A DNA stretch of 64,000 nt from an uncultured virus (IMG/VR IMGVR_UViG_3300042940_002333) (Duplodnaviria > Heunggongvirae > Uroviricota > Caudoviricetes), in the IMG/VR virus record IMGVR_UViG_3300042940_002333; one strand, written 5' to 3'. Positions within the stretch are counted from its first letter, which is position 1. Each line of letters begins with the position of its first letter. Below, piece by piece: positions 1 through 11,244 of this stretch. The notes under the pieces were generated by a model that had not been told where the DNA came from, did not search any database, and worked only from the letters and a program-made list of their open reading frames with translations. Made by a program: the position numbers and the translations under genes.

Positions 1-2832
1 TACGAAAAAGGATTGTTTGTCGCTCATTCTATTTTTGATGAAAACGAAAAGTTGAAACAAGCCGGGTTTCGTTGGCACGCAGACAGAAAAAAGTGGATAA
101 GCGAGGATTATCGGTCTGCTGATAAACTATCCTCGTATTGCGACAGCGTTGCCTCGTTCCAGATAAAGTTCTTCAAAGAGGGTATGCAAAAATCGGTGCA
201 GCAAAGCGCGAGTGCTGAAAGCAAGCCTGGATTTCCGATTTACCATAACCCACAAGTAACACCTTTCCCTTATCAACGTGCCGGCGTAGAGTATATCCTA
301 CCAAGACCTGCCGTTATCTTAGCTGATGAAATGGGATTAGGGAAATTAGAATTCGTTGAAAATAAAATATTTACACCTACTGGAAGGAAGAGAATTGGCG
401 ATGTAATAATTGGCGATAAAGTTATCGGAAGCGATGGCAACGCGTATAATATTACTGGTGTTTTTCCTCAAGGAATAAAGGATTTATATAGAGTTACGTT
501 TAACGACGGAGCCTCTGTTTTGGTCGGATTAGATCACCTGTGGACTGTATTCACGAGGAACATACATAGGGGAAGAAAAGACGGTTATGAAGACAGAACG
601 ATTGTTTTGACAACAGGACAACTACTTGATAGAAAACTCAAAATGAGTCTTAAAGGAACAGACTGGAACGAAAAACGACCTTACGAATTTTCAACTTATT
701 ATGTAGAAAAAAACGGAAATTTAAAATGGCAAATACCCATTGTAAAACCAATAAACTTTACGAACAAAGATGTTTTACCTATTGAACCGTACCTGCTTGG
801 ACTTACGCTTGGCGATGGACATATAAGGGGATGTAACGTGCATTTTACTATTCATAAAAATGATTTTGACGAAATTTTCAAATACTATCAAGTAAAAGAA
901 AAAAACAAAAATGCTAAAAGACCTAATGTGCGATTTTGTTCTATTAATCTTAAAGCTGGCATTGAGTTCCTCGGTCTACAAGGTAAAAAATCAAACGATA
1001 AATTTATTCCAGATATTTATAAGTATTCGTCTATTGACAACAGAATATCTATCTTACAGGGCTTGATGGATACTGACGGTCATTGTATGATTGGCAAAAA
1101 AGGTAAGAAAAAAGTTTTCTCTGGCACAGAATACTGCACAGTGTCGGAACAACTCGCAAAGGATGTTTGTGAAATAGTACATTCTTTAGGAGGAATCGCG
1201 AGACTGAAAATAAAGAAACAACCAGCCTACATCTATAAAGGAGAAAAAAAGACAGGAAAGCAAGCATACAGGATAAATATAAAAATGCCAGACGGAATTA
1301 ACCCGTTTCGATTAAAAAGAAAGGCAGACAGATACAGTGTTCCAGAAAAATACAACGTAGCAAGGTACATAAAAGATATAAAATTCGAGAAGATAGGCGA
1401 GGCTGTTTGTATTCAGGTAGACGCACCAGACCAGCTTTATGTTACCGAACACGGGATAGTTACACACAACACTGGCCAGGCGTTGATCGTAATGAATATG
1501 CGACACCCGGTTGAAGCCTTAATTGTTTGCCCAAGTATTTTAAAATACAACTGGCTCAAAGAAGCAAGGAAGTGGATGATAGGGCATATCACCGCCTATA
1601 TTTACGAAAGTAAAAAGATCCGCTATTACAAAGCCCGCCTAACTAACCACGACAAGAACACCGTTCTCCATATTATCAATTACGATATTCTGGAAAAATT
1701 CAAAGACAGGTTATTGGATCTCCCGATTAATTTCTTTATAGCTGATGAAAGTCACTATATTAAAAATCAAGACGCAAAGCGCACAAAAATTGCCCAGCAA
1801 CTCGCAAGAAAAGCAAAGTGGAAGATATTTATTACCGGTACACCCATTTACAATAAACCAAAAGACCTATACGTCGCCCTTAACCTGATAGATCCCGAAA
1901 TGTTCGATAACTTTTATATGTTCGCCACAAAGTATTGTGGTGCCAAGAAAGTAAAGTTTAATGGCAAGTCGGTAATGAAATACGATGGTCCGACAAACGT
2001 AGATGAGCTTAATACAATTCTACGGGCAAATTATATGGTTCGCCGTATGAAAAAGGATGTAATGAAAGACCTCCCAGAAAAAATGAAAGACGTAATCATT
2101 TTAAATGAAAGCGACTTGGATGGATTAGTGGAGAAAGAAAAAAAGGTATTGGCTGATAGTAAGGAAAAGGAAGAAAAATTAAAAGCCGAGGTTGAGGAAT
2201 TACGCGAGTTAGTAAAAACCAACAAAGAATACGAAACTATTTACAAGGACAAGGTAAAAAGTATGCGTGAAATAAAGTTCAAGAACTTTGGTGAGCTTTC
2301 TCGTATCCGAAAAGAACTGGCTGTAAAAAAAGTACCGTATGTAACGGATTTCGTAAAGGAAATGTTGGACAACGACGAAGACCAGCAGAGTAAAATTGTT
2401 GTTTTCGGGCATCATACCGAGGTATTGGAGTCTATTTATATGGCTCTGATAAAATATGGCCCAGTAATCATTACTGGTAAAACGAATGACGCTGAACGCC
2501 AAAGGGCAATTTCTCTATTCAAAGAAAAGAATAATACCCGAGTTTTTATCGGAAGTATGGGAGCTGCTGGAACGGGCGTTGACGGACTTCAAACGAACTG
2601 CAGCACGGTAGTATTTGCTGAATTAGATTGGACGCCATCTTTGGTTGACCAGGCGGAAAGCCGTCTGCAACGTATCGGTCAAAAGAATACCGTTTGGGTT
2701 TATCATATCGTAGCTAATGATAGCATTGACAGTAGGATCGTAAAACTGATGATGGAGAAAGAAGCTGTTTCGAAAGAGATACTCGATTTTCGCCCAGAAG
2801 AGCTTTATGACAAACTCGTGCAGGTAAAGTAA
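1..2832 (+). CDS. SNF2-family (SMARCAL1/HARP-like) helicase containing an intein; probably 5'-truncated
   Basis: Motifs LADEMGLGK|T, LIVCPS, IINYD, IADESHYIKN, ITGTPIYN, KIVVFGHH, WTPSLVDQAESRLQRIGQ. The frame is open from base 1, so TTG at 13 is probably not the true start. Confidence 0.92.
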   Translation, partial: YEKGLFVAHSIFDENEKLKQAGFRWHADRKKWISEDYRSADKLSSYCDSVASFQIKFFKEGMQKSVQQSASAESKPGFPIYHNPQVTPFPYQRAGVEYILPRPAVILADEMGLGKLEFVENKIFTPTGRKRIGDVIIGDKVIGSDGNAYNITGVFPQGIKDLYRVTFNDGASVLVGLDHLWTVFTRNIHRGRKDGYEDRTIVLTTGQLLDRKLKMSLKGTDWNEKRPYEFSTYYVEKNGNLKWQIPIVKPINFTNKDVLPIEPYLLGLTLGDGHIRGCNVHFTIHKNDFDEIFKYYQVKEKNKNAKRPNVRFCSINLKAGIEFLGLQGKKSNDKFIPDIYKYSSIDNRISILQGLMDTDGHCMIGKKGKKKVFSGTEYCTVSEQLAKDVCEIVHSLGGIARLKIKKQPAYIYKGEKKTGKQAYRINIKMPDGINPFRLKRKADRYSVPEKYNVARYIKDIKFEKIGEAVCIQVDAPDQLYVTEHGIVTHNTGQALIVMNMRHPVEALIVCPSILKYNWLKEARKWMIGHITAYIYESKKIRYYKARLTNHDKNTVLHIINYDILEKFKDRLLDLPINFFIADESHYIKNQDAKRTKIAQQLARKAKWKIFITGTPIYNKPKDLYVALNLIDPEMFDNFYMFATKYCGAKKVKFNGKSVMKYDGPTNVDELNTILRANYMVRRMKKDVMKDLPEKMKDVIILNESDLDGLVEKEKKVLADSKEKEEKLKAEVEELRELVKTNKEYETIYKDKVKSMREIKFKNFGELSRIRKELAVKKVPYVTDFVKEMLDNDEDQQSKIVVFGHHTEVLESIYMALIKYGPVIITGKTNDAERQRAISLFKEKNNTRVFIGSMGAAGTGVDGLQTNCSTVVFAELDWTPSLVDQAESRLQRIGQKNTVWVYHIVANDSIDSRIVKLMMEKEAVSKEILDFRPEELYDKLVQVK
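346..1470 (+). mobile_element. Class 3 intein with LAGLIDADG homing endonuclease (375 aa) inserted in Walker A
   Basis: Splits GLGK|T. Begins LEFVENKIFTPTG, has block B DHLW, LAGLIDADG motifs LLGLTLGDG and LQGLMDTDG, block F AVCIQV, and ends IVTHN followed by Thr+1. Confidence 0.92.
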
Positions 2833-2934
2833 CAACCACCTGTTCAAAAGTCCATTCACGAGTGAGTAAAAACACTTGTAAAAGTCGCAAAAATATAACA
2901 TATTTGTAAGTAAACCAATGTAAAGTATAACGCT

Positions 2935-3390
2935 ATGAAAAATGTTATTGAAAAAAAACTAACAAATAAGTTAGAAAAGTTTGTTAATGCCATCCAAAAC
3001 CCTATTTTTGCAAGTAGATTTCGGGATAAACTAGAGGCAAGATTGTTGGTTGCCGGTACGCATATGGAAACAGGTCTAAGATTTGTTGTCAATAAGTACA
3101 GAAAAACCTACAAATTTGTCTATGGTAAAGATCGAGTAAAGGCGTTTTTAATCAACAATTTAGGTGCTTTTGAAATAGATCACCAGAAAATTGTAAATTG
3201 GATTGAAAACGGGGATGTAGAGGAGAATAAAGAGTCTTATGTAGAGTGCAAAAACCGAATATCTGCCGTACTGAGAGCTACTCGTAGATTAAATTCGTTT
3301 AAATTAGCCGACAATATAACGATTACGGCTTATCTTAATGAACATATTAATCGCAAGCGCTTTTCGTCAAGATACAAATTAGCAACATAA
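2935..3390 (+). CDS. hypothetical protein
   Basis: 151 aa ORF in the + strand gene run; no motif recognised. Confidence 0.7.
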   Translation: MKNVIEKKLTNKLEKFVNAIQNPIFASRFRDKLEARLLVAGTHMETGLRFVVNKYRKTYKFVYGKDRVKAFLINNLGAFEIDHQKIVNWIENGDVEENKESYVECKNRISAVLRATRRLNSFKLADNITITAYLNEHINRKRFSSRYKLAT

Positions 3391-3399
3391 ACACTTCAA

Positions 3400-6300
3400 A
3401 TGGATAATAACCAAATGCCCGGTGGACTACTCGTAGGTAACAGCCACTCAAACGGAGGAATTAAAATTAAAACCCCAGAGGGGCAAATCGAAGCCGAGGG
3501 CGGTGAGGTTATAATCAATAAACGCATTTTATCGTCAGACGAGAAATACGTCTGTGAGGGTACCCCTCGCGAAATGACTTCCAAGATCAATGAAATGGAG
3601 GGTGGCGTTAGCTGGTCTGCAGGTGGATCTTGCAAAATAGTTAAGAAATCAGAAGATGGAAGTGTTATAGGAGAAGAGGAAATAAACAGGGCTCCAGAGG
3701 GTATTGTTGTCCAGTACATCAAAGACGGCAAGCTCCGTTATATTTCGGCAGATACCAATGACCAGGCAGAGCTGATCCACGACGCTCTAAATGATTTCAA
3801 AGAAGGGTTTATTACCAAAGAAGAACTAACAAACACACTTGAGAGTTATCAGTCCGAAGACCAAGAATTAGACGCAACGACAGAAATTATTGGTGGGGAA
3901 AAATACATTTATATTCCATTCTATGAGGGCTGGGTTCCGTTCTTCAATAAGGAAGCAGTAAATCTTGACGAAAAAGCCGGCGATGGTAAAAACATTATTC
4001 GTGAAGACGTTACTTTCGAGAGAAATGGCGATGGATGGAATTTCCATTACAAAGATAGTTTCGGAACTGAGGCAATGGGAGTGATCCGAAAAAACACACA
4101 AACAGGAGAGTTAGATTATATCATTGAAGATACTCAGGGTAGTTTTAATGCTGATGGCGACAGAGAAACTTCCAATAAAGTGTATAAAGCTCTTGAAAAA
4201 GAACTTGCCAACTACTCAGAAAGATTTGGTAATACTGGCGTAAAAAGAGCATCTTTCGGAATGATGCTTAACAGATGGTTTGGACAGAAAAGTGAGGTTG
4301 ATATAAGTGATGTTAAGGATAACCTTTATCTTTTACAAACTGAACTTGAAAACATAAGAACCGAATATAGATTTGGTGGATTGTCTTCAAAGGAGTATTC
4401 AGATGAAAAGAAAGAAATTATAGGCAGATATCAAAAGCATATTGATCAAGCTCAGAAACTTGGTATTCCTATAAGATCAAACATTTTATATACGCCGTCT
4501 TATATAGCAGAAAAGGGAAAAAGAATCCCTCGTCAAGTTGCACAAGATGCTCCAGTGAGAGAGGAAATGTTGCCTGGTCAATTCCGTATTTACTCAAAAA
4601 CAAATCGTGAGTATGACGAATGGATAGGATCTGAACAAGAAATAAATGAATACATTAACGAAGTTGCTGGCGGAGATTTCCCTGCTAATGCTACTATCGA
4701 TGAAAAGCTCGACTCATTAAACCTTGCCAGACAAGCTCGACAAGAGGATGAAATGGCAAGAATGGGTAAAAGCATTATGCGTACACAGGACGCTGCTAAA
4801 CGTCCAAGCCCGTCAGTAAGTGCCACTATTTACCCAGCCGGTACCAGAATGGAGGGTAATGACGGAAATATGTGGGAAATTGCAGTAGCCTCTAACGGTG
4901 TTCGTAGATGGGCAAGGATAAAAGGTTTTGAAGACGGAACTGAATTAAATGCTACAAAATTAAAACCAGAAACAAAACTTTATGTTGAGGTAATTGAGAT
5001 AAACAACAGTAACAGCGAACAATCTGCTGTTCTTTGCTATAAATTTCATAAAGACGGAAAGCACATTGCTGACGTAGATTTTGATATAGATTTTGACGTT
5101 GAGGAAGAAAATGAATATAGCGACTCTTGGAACGCAAGAACTGAAAGTGTTTTTCAGAAAAAAACAGGCACAACAGAGTATTTTTTTGCCGACAGTTTTA
5201 GTTTAAGAGAAATTTTTAATACAGAGGGTGGCGACATTACTTTAAGTCCAGAGGATGTTGATAGAATAAACCTGGAGTTTAGTGCTATTTTCAAAAGCAA
5301 AATAAAGGCAGAGTTAATTGATAACTTAAAAGACATATACCTTACCGACAATCAGTTTCAAAAAATAATTAATAAACCTAAAGCCGCCGACGGACTTAAT
5401 GTTGTTTCTTCTTGTGGGTGTAATCACGCTGCAGACGGAATGGAGATTGAACCGTATTTACAAAGCGAATTAAAAGCGGCGGGTTTTGATCCGTCAAAGT
5501 ACACGGCTGAACAAGCTGACCTTATTCTTCAACCGGCAATAGCTCCAGAGAACTACTTTATGGATGGGGAAATTTCTCACGCCAAAGCAAAAGTTTACTG
5601 GAAGCAGAAATTAGCAAACGCTGGATTAAGCTCTGCCGATATAGCAAAAGCAGTTAGGGCATTCGCCGCCGACGGAGTTGAAGTATCCGACATTGACTTT
5701 GAAATTAAATCTTTAGAAGTTGAAAAAGAAATGTTGAAAGAACAGCTAATGGAAATTAGTATGGGTGTTATACCTCGTTCAAGTAAAAAAGGCATTGAGG
5801 ATAAACTTGGTGATATTAATGATAAGATCAATAATCTTCTAAAAAAGAAATACCCAAACTTTAAATCTGGGAAAGCCGCAGACGGAAAGAATTTAAAAAC
5901 TATCAGCCGTAAGACCAGAGAACATTGGTTCAGTGAAGCTGGGGAACTTGGCGACGCTCCTAAAGGCACAGCTTACAATATGATAATGAAAGCTATGGCT
6001 AAAAAGTTTGGCGCCGAGAATATGGAACTGGTCGGGCAAGATAAGGATCATTATATCTATGAGCTTGAGGGCAACCCGATGATGATTTCGGCTACAACTT
6101 CAATGCTTCACGAAGAAAGAGGCTTGGATGTTGAAATGTACGGTCGCAAAACAAGAGTGCATCTTCCGAAATTAATGATAGACGCACAAATGGCTGGTGT
6201 TAGATTTCCGTTGATCACCCCGTATGGAAATGGCGGTGGGGTTGAAACGGAAGTTAATTATTCAGTTGAATTAAATAGCAACGAAAATGAATATTATGAA

Positions 6301-9300
6301 TTTCCGACAAAAGACGAAGCGTTTTCTTTTGCAAGAAAAAAAGAAAGAGAGGGTAATGACGTAACAGGCGTTTACGAATATAATAATAACGAAATGACAA
6401 AAGATTTGTTAAGAGCATTTAATAATTATTCTATTGGTTTAAGAATGTCTGCCAAAAAATACGCCAATGGCGGTGGAATAAAAACTGATTTAAACGAATT
6501 AGAAAATACTGAACTTAGAAATGTATTAATTTCTTTTTGGAATGATTTTTTTAATAATCATATCGGCAATTATCTATCAATAGAAAAAGAGAATTATATA
6601 TTATCAAACATTGATAATGTATTTGTTATTGTTAGAAATGAAGATAAAGGCAATTTTAGTGATGTTGAAAAACAAAACATTGATAGGTTTTTAAGTCCTT
6701 ACTTTCACTCAGATAAAAAACCTTTGTTTACTGATTTTTTTAATAGTTATGAAATAAAGGATAATAAAATCATAATCTATATTAAGGATATGTACGCCAA
6801 TGGCGGTGGGATAAATAGCAGATATTTAGATACTATTTCTGATGATAAAAAATCTAAGATATTAAAAAACATCGCTGATCATTATGGTATTTCGGTATCA
6901 GCCGCAGAAGAAGAAGTTAAAGATGCAGATGCAGAAATGCTGTATGAATATATTGCTAATGACCAATCATTGAGAATGGATGTTTACAATGATTTTGAAA
7001 GCAATGAGTACGCAAACGGCTCTACTGTTAAATACGCTAAAGGCTCTACTGTTAAAGGTGCTAAATTTAATTTAGAAGAATTTAATGATTGGTGGGACGA
7101 CGGTGGTCAAGAAACTGCTGATGAAGAATACGGAAAATTAGTAACCAAAGCGTTATTAAAAAAACAACCAAGTTATCCGAATGAAGCAAACGCATACTCG
7201 GAAGCATTATGGGAATTAGCAAAAAAAGACAATGCACATAAAAAATACGCTAAAGGCTCTACTATTGAAGGTGGTGGCGGTGTCGGAAAAGAATGGGAGG
7301 TTGAATTTTATTACTTGCATAGGGATGGTGCTGACGATAGTGCTGACCAGTATGAAAAGGTTAAGATTATAGCCAATAGTGCCGAGGAAGCAGAAAAAAA
7401 AGCAGCCATTCAACACGAAGACTGGTATAGCAATGGGAATAACGGAAACTATCATTTTGAAGTTACAAGCGTAAAAGAAATCAGTGGCGTTCCGAAAGCC
7501 TGGAACGGCAGAAGTTTTAGAAAATCTTACGGATCTGGCTTCTCGGGAAGAACGAACCGTGGAGAGTATTTAGGTAACGGCGTGTGGGGAGACGACGAGG
7601 GTAATCGTTGGGATAAAGACGGAAAGACTATTTCTGGTTATGGAAAGAGTGGAAAAACAAGAGAAGAAGAATACGAAGAAAAATACGGAAAAAAAAGCAC
7701 TGCTCCTGATCCTGTTACAGAAGATGAGAAGATTACCAAAGCAAATTTAATTGCCAGTCGTATCGCGGCCAAAAAAGGTCAGCCAGTAACTCAAAAACTT
7801 GTTGAATGGGTATTGAAACAAATGTCAGAGGGCAAGTTCGCTGCCGACGGAAAAGAAATCAAAGCACTACTTGAGCAGATCGCAAGTGACTTCAGTAGCT
7901 TCCGACCAGGCGGACAAAGAGGTAATGTAATAGTAGACAAAGACAGTGTTAGTAAGGAGTTCCGTGATTTAGGAAACTGGGAAACTGATTACGAGAACCC
8001 AGACTATGAGGAGGGTGACGAGGAAGATAACGATTATGAGATCTGGAAAGATGAGGACTTATATGAAAAGCAATTTAAAGATTGGGCAAGTAAACAACCT
8101 TGGTTTAATAAAGTAGACCTTGAAGTTACTACCGGCGAAAAGAACTGGGCATATTTTTATATTACCCCAAAAGATAAAGCAGAACACGGAAAAGAAATCA
8201 GTAACGAAAGTCTTGAGGGGAAAACCGTAAGACTTATTAATATGCCTGACGATCCGCTTCCTGTTCCTGCCGGCACACTGGGTAAAATAAAAGGCGTTGA
8301 TGACGCAGGTCATATTCTTGTTAGATGGGAGAACGGAAGCGGATTATCGCTTATCCCCGGCGTTGATGAATACGAGATCATTGACATTGCAGCTAAAGGA
8401 AAAAAGATTGGCGTAATATCAAATTACTCAGATTTTTATAAGGTGTTAGTTGACCTTGCACACAAATCAAACTCTGGAGAGGAATTTAAAGAAAAACTAT
8501 TCGCATTTGATCCTGATAGAAAATATATTCCCAAATACTACTCGGACTTTAGAAGAAATGTTATGGATGTGTCCGACGAGCAGTGGGTACGCGCACAACG
8601 CGAAAACAAAATGGCGGGGCTGGCAACCTGGGAGGGTGGATATGAAATTCTAAAAAACAAACCGTTGGCGGCAGCAAATGGTAGACTTGTGCCTGTTGAT
8701 TTAACCAATGCTACTACTGACGAGAAGTTTGACGGAATAGTTGCCGCACTTGAGAAAGCAAACATTAGCGCAAGAGTTAAAATTTTAAGCAATGCTTTTG
8801 GTCACGCAGATAAAATATACGTTGAGCTTGGACACGATTACAGAAACGATAGAGCTGTTGAAAAGGCTATTGAGAAATACACAGGTCTTCATTATGGAGG
8901 ATTTGGAAGAAATAAGGATTATATTATGTGTGCCAACGTAGGCGACGCAGGAAGAAAATCTGAACGTATTTACGGAAAGAAAAACATTTCCCGTGCATTA
9001 ATGGCTAACGGTGGTGGAGTTGGCGGCGAATACGAGGTTATTCTTTATAATCGTTGGGGTGACGAAAACCATTCATATAGTAAACCAACGCTTAAAGAAG
9101 CTGTTGAGTCAGCAAATGGTGACAAAAAACTTTTTGAAGAAAATGGCGAGTATTATGTAATTATGCACAACGGAGAAATCGTTGAGAGTTCAAAAGAGGA
9201 TTTCCGAAAATGGTTTGGTTTAGATAAAGCCGCAAACGGAACGCAAGTGAAAAACAAATACGCACAAGCTAAAGATTACTGGCTTCAACTTTACGAACAG

Positions 9301-11244
9301 ATGACTCCGAAGCAACGCACTATTTGGCACGGAGAGTGGAACAGAATAAATAAAGACAATGACTGGGTTACAGACGAACACGTTGCTGAATACATCCAAG
9401 GAGAAATCCGAGAACAATTCGATGGTAATTTTACATTAAATAGAACTGACGTTACCGGTCCGAGATTTTTTGATTTAGCTTATAAATATATTGCTTATCG
9501 TGGTGCTATCAAAGAACCAGAGTTCTGGGATGACGTTGCTAGCGACGGCACGGAAGTTGGAGATTCATACTACATAATAAGAATGTGGGATACTGACGAG
9601 GACAAAATGAAAGGTGTTTCTCCAGAGGAAGCTAAATACACAACAAGAAGTGAAGCGATACGCTGGGCAAATCACTATCACTACGAAGAGAACTTTGGAG
9701 TTGTTGAGGTAGAGGACGAGAATGGAAACCGAATAATGACTCTTGACGCTTATGCAGCAGACGGAAAGCAAGTAGATCAAGCTGATTATCTGACCAACGC
9801 TATTTTAAGCGTTCTGGATCTTCAAAGTCATATGTCTGCTCACGGAAACACTATTACTATTCACGGAAGCAAATACACTTACTACTCTCACACCCAGTAC
9901 AACATAAGAGTTACCGGTGACAGAGGTGCAATCTACAACATCATTCCTTACACAGCATCTTCTTCGGCAGGTAATCTTGAGGGGTCCAGCTTCTTTGCAC
10001 TTATCCGTCAAAAAAGACCGTCAGAAAACTTCGCTCTTACAAAAGAGGGTGAGATTTACGACATTGCCGAGGATGGAACTTCTATTTCTGAAAAAAAAAA
10101 CGATAGTGTAGCTGGCGACGGAGCGGTTGCACCAGAAAACCTACCAAACCGATCAAGACACGCTTCACCTATCAAAATTGTTATATTTAAACACAAGAAC
10201 AATCCTAGATTGGTGATCACTGTAAAAGCATACCCAAATATGTCCATTGCCGAAATAGATAATCCTCAAAACATTCGCTTCCCATATGTTGTAGGTCAGG
10301 TATTAAATATGGGCCATAAGAACTGGGCGTGTATGAACAACTACCTCGTGAACGACGAAGATCCTTGCCCAGAGAAAAAGATTTTCGGAATGAGAGCAAA
10401 GGATATTCCGCAAGGACACCCTTTAAGGCATATTTATCCCGGTAAGTTTAAAGCTGACGGCGGTGGAATTGAAAAGGCCGCGAGAGGTCTAAAAATATCG
10501 ACATTAAGAGAAGAATTAAATAACTACAACACCAGAATCGATGAGCTAGAAGCTGAATTGAAAGATCCAGAAATCAGCGATAGCAGAAGAACTGAAATTG
10601 AGGTAAACTTATTGCCAGATCTTGAACAAGGAAGGCACGTTAACCTTTCGACTTTGAGGGGAATACTTCGAAGACGCTTATGGGGTACAGGCAGAGTTGC
10701 TCAAGGCGATTCTCCATTAATAAATTCCATTGGCAACGATATGCCTATTCACGGAAAGGGTTACACAAACGGCGGTGGCGTTTCGCCTGGTATGACTACC
10801 CATTACATAGTTTTTTCCCATAACGGAAGAGAGAAATTACGAAAAGATTATTATAATATAACGGAAGAAGAAGTTAGAAAAAAACAGGACTCTTATGGAT
10901 ATAATGACGATGGTGATGAAAAAGAATATAAAGAAGTAAAGTTTTCATCGTTCAAAGACCTTGATTTACGCCCATTTGAATTTAGCATTTTCGTTGAAAA
11001 ATACTCTGACGGCGGTGGGATTGAAGAAAACAGCGATCTTAAAGGTAAAAAAGGATACATTAAGGATAGAAAAAAAGAAGCGAGTGGTCCTACTTTATAC
11101 TACATAATGGTTGATGACGAACCCGTGTATCGAGAAGTTACGAGGTCATATGTTCCTGGTCACCCAATCAAAGAGTGGGAATCTTATTTCGATTCAGAGA
11201 AAGCGGCGAAAGATTATGCTAATAAAATAGGTGTTGTATTATAA
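3400..11244 (+). CDS. giant multi-module polyvalent protein / putative polyprotein 1 (2614 aa)
   Basis: About 30 AxDG/YANGGG-type linkers separate mostly 50-150 aa modules. N-terminal GxSHxxGGI...EAEGGEVIINK motif, RPSPS...GNDGNMW module (4801-4920), DUF4314-like module (about 8215-8385). Confidence 0.85.
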   Translation: MDNNQMPGGLLVGNSHSNGGIKIKTPEGQIEAEGGEVIINKRILSSDEKYVCEGTPREMTSKINEMEGGVSWSAGGSCKIVKKSEDGSVIGEEEINRAPEGIVVQYIKDGKLRYISADTNDQAELIHDALNDFKEGFITKEELTNTLESYQSEDQELDATTEIIGGEKYIYIPFYEGWVPFFNKEAVNLDEKAGDGKNIIREDVTFERNGDGWNFHYKDSFGTEAMGVIRKNTQTGELDYIIEDTQGSFNADGDRETSNKVYKALEKELANYSERFGNTGVKRASFGMMLNRWFGQKSEVDISDVKDNLYLLQTELENIRTEYRFGGLSSKEYSDEKKEIIGRYQKHIDQAQKLGIPIRSNILYTPSYIAEKGKRIPRQVAQDAPVREEMLPGQFRIYSKTNREYDEWIGSEQEINEYINEVAGGDFPANATIDEKLDSLNLARQARQEDEMARMGKSIMRTQDAAKRPSPSVSATIYPAGTRMEGNDGNMWEIAVASNGVRRWARIKGFEDGTELNATKLKPETKLYVEVIEINNSNSEQSAVLCYKFHKDGKHIADVDFDIDFDVEEENEYSDSWNARTESVFQKKTGTTEYFFADSFSLREIFNTEGGDITLSPEDVDRINLEFSAIFKSKIKAELIDNLKDIYLTDNQFQKIINKPKAADGLNVVSSCGCNHAADGMEIEPYLQSELKAAGFDPSKYTAEQADLILQPAIAPENYFMDGEISHAKAKVYWKQKLANAGLSSADIAKAVRAFAADGVEVSDIDFEIKSLEVEKEMLKEQLMEISMGVIPRSSKKGIEDKLGDINDKINNLLKKKYPNFKSGKAADGKNLKTISRKTREHWFSEAGELGDAPKGTAYNMIMKAMAKKFGAENMELVGQDKDHYIYELEGNPMMISATTSMLHEERGLDVEMYGRKTRVHLPKLMIDAQMAGVRFPLITPYGNGGGVETEVNYSVELNSNENEYYEFPTKDEAFSFARKKEREGNDVTGVYEYNNNEMTKDLLRAFNNYSIGLRMSAKKYANGGGIKTDLNELENTELRNVLISFWNDFFNNHIGNYLSIEKENYILSNIDNVFVIVRNEDKGNFSDVEKQNIDRFLSPYFHSDKKPLFTDFFNSYEIKDNKIIIYIKDMYANGGGINSRYLDTISDDKKSKILKNIADHYGISVSAAEEEVKDADAEMLYEYIANDQSLRMDVYNDFESNEYANGSTVKYAKGSTVKGAKFNLEEFNDWWDDGGQETADEEYGKLVTKALLKKQPSYPNEANAYSEALWELAKKDNAHKKYAKGSTIEGGGGVGKEWEVEFYYLHRDGADDSADQYEKVKIIANSAEEAEKKAAIQHEDWYSNGNNGNYHFEVTSVKEISGVPKAWNGRSFRKSYGSGFSGRTNRGEYLGNGVWGDDEGNRWDKDGKTISGYGKSGKTREEEYEEKYGKKSTAPDPVTEDEKITKANLIASRIAAKKGQPVTQKLVEWVLKQMSEGKFAADGKEIKALLEQIASDFSSFRPGGQRGNVIVDKDSVSKEFRDLGNWETDYENPDYEEGDEEDNDYEIWKDEDLYEKQFKDWASKQPWFNKVDLEVTTGEKNWAYFYITPKDKAEHGKEISNESLEGKTVRLINMPDDPLPVPAGTLGKIKGVDDAGHILVRWENGSGLSLIPGVDEYEIIDIAAKGKKIGVISNYSDFYKVLVDLAHKSNSGEEFKEKLFAFDPDRKYIPKYYSDFRRNVMDVSDEQWVRAQRENKMAGLATWEGGYEILKNKPLAAANGRLVPVDLTNATTDEKFDGIVAALEKANISARVKILSNAFGHADKIYVELGHDYRNDRAVEKAIEKYTGLHYGGFGRNKDYIMCANVGDAGRKSERIYGKKNISRALMANGGGVGGEYEVILYNRWGDENHSYSKPTLKEAVESANGDKKLFEENGEYYVIMHNGEIVESSKEDFRKWFGLDKAANGTQVKNKYAQAKDYWLQLYEQMTPKQRTIWHGEWNRINKDNDWVTDEHVAEYIQGEIREQFDGNFTLNRTDVTGPRFFDLAYKYIAYRGAIKEPEFWDDVASDGTEVGDSYYIIRMWDTDEDKMKGVSPEEAKYTTRSEAIRWANHYHYEENFGVVEVEDENGNRIMTLDAYAADGKQVDQADYLTNAILSVLDLQSHMSAHGNTITIHGSKYTYYSHTQYNIRVTGDRGAIYNIIPYTASSSAGNLEGSSFFALIRQKRPSENFALTKEGEIYDIAEDGTSISEKKNDSVAGDGAVAPENLPNRSRHASPIKIVIFKHKNNPRLVITVKAYPNMSIAEIDNPQNIRFPYVVGQVLNMGHKNWACMNNYLVNDEDPCPEKKIFGMRAKDIPQGHPLRHIYPGKFKADGGGIEKAARGLKISTLREELNNYNTRIDELEAELKDPEISDSRRTEIEVNLLPDLEQGRHVNLSTLRGILRRRLWGTGRVAQGDSPLINSIGNDMPIHGKGYTNGGGVSPGMTTHYIVFSHNGREKLRKDYYNITEEEVRKKQDSYGYNDDGDEKEYKEVKFSSFKDLDLRPFEFSIFVEKYSDGGGIEENSDLKGKKGYIKDRKKEASGPTLYYIMVDDEPVYREVTRSYVPGHPIKEWESYFDSEKAAKDYANKIGVVL

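Noticed and set aside
3400..3660. ORF 3400 as a tape measure protein, because of its GxSHxxGG...EAEGGE motif
   Set aside because: The rest of the protein is a mosaic of globular modules without long helical or TM repeats, and no tail genes flank it.
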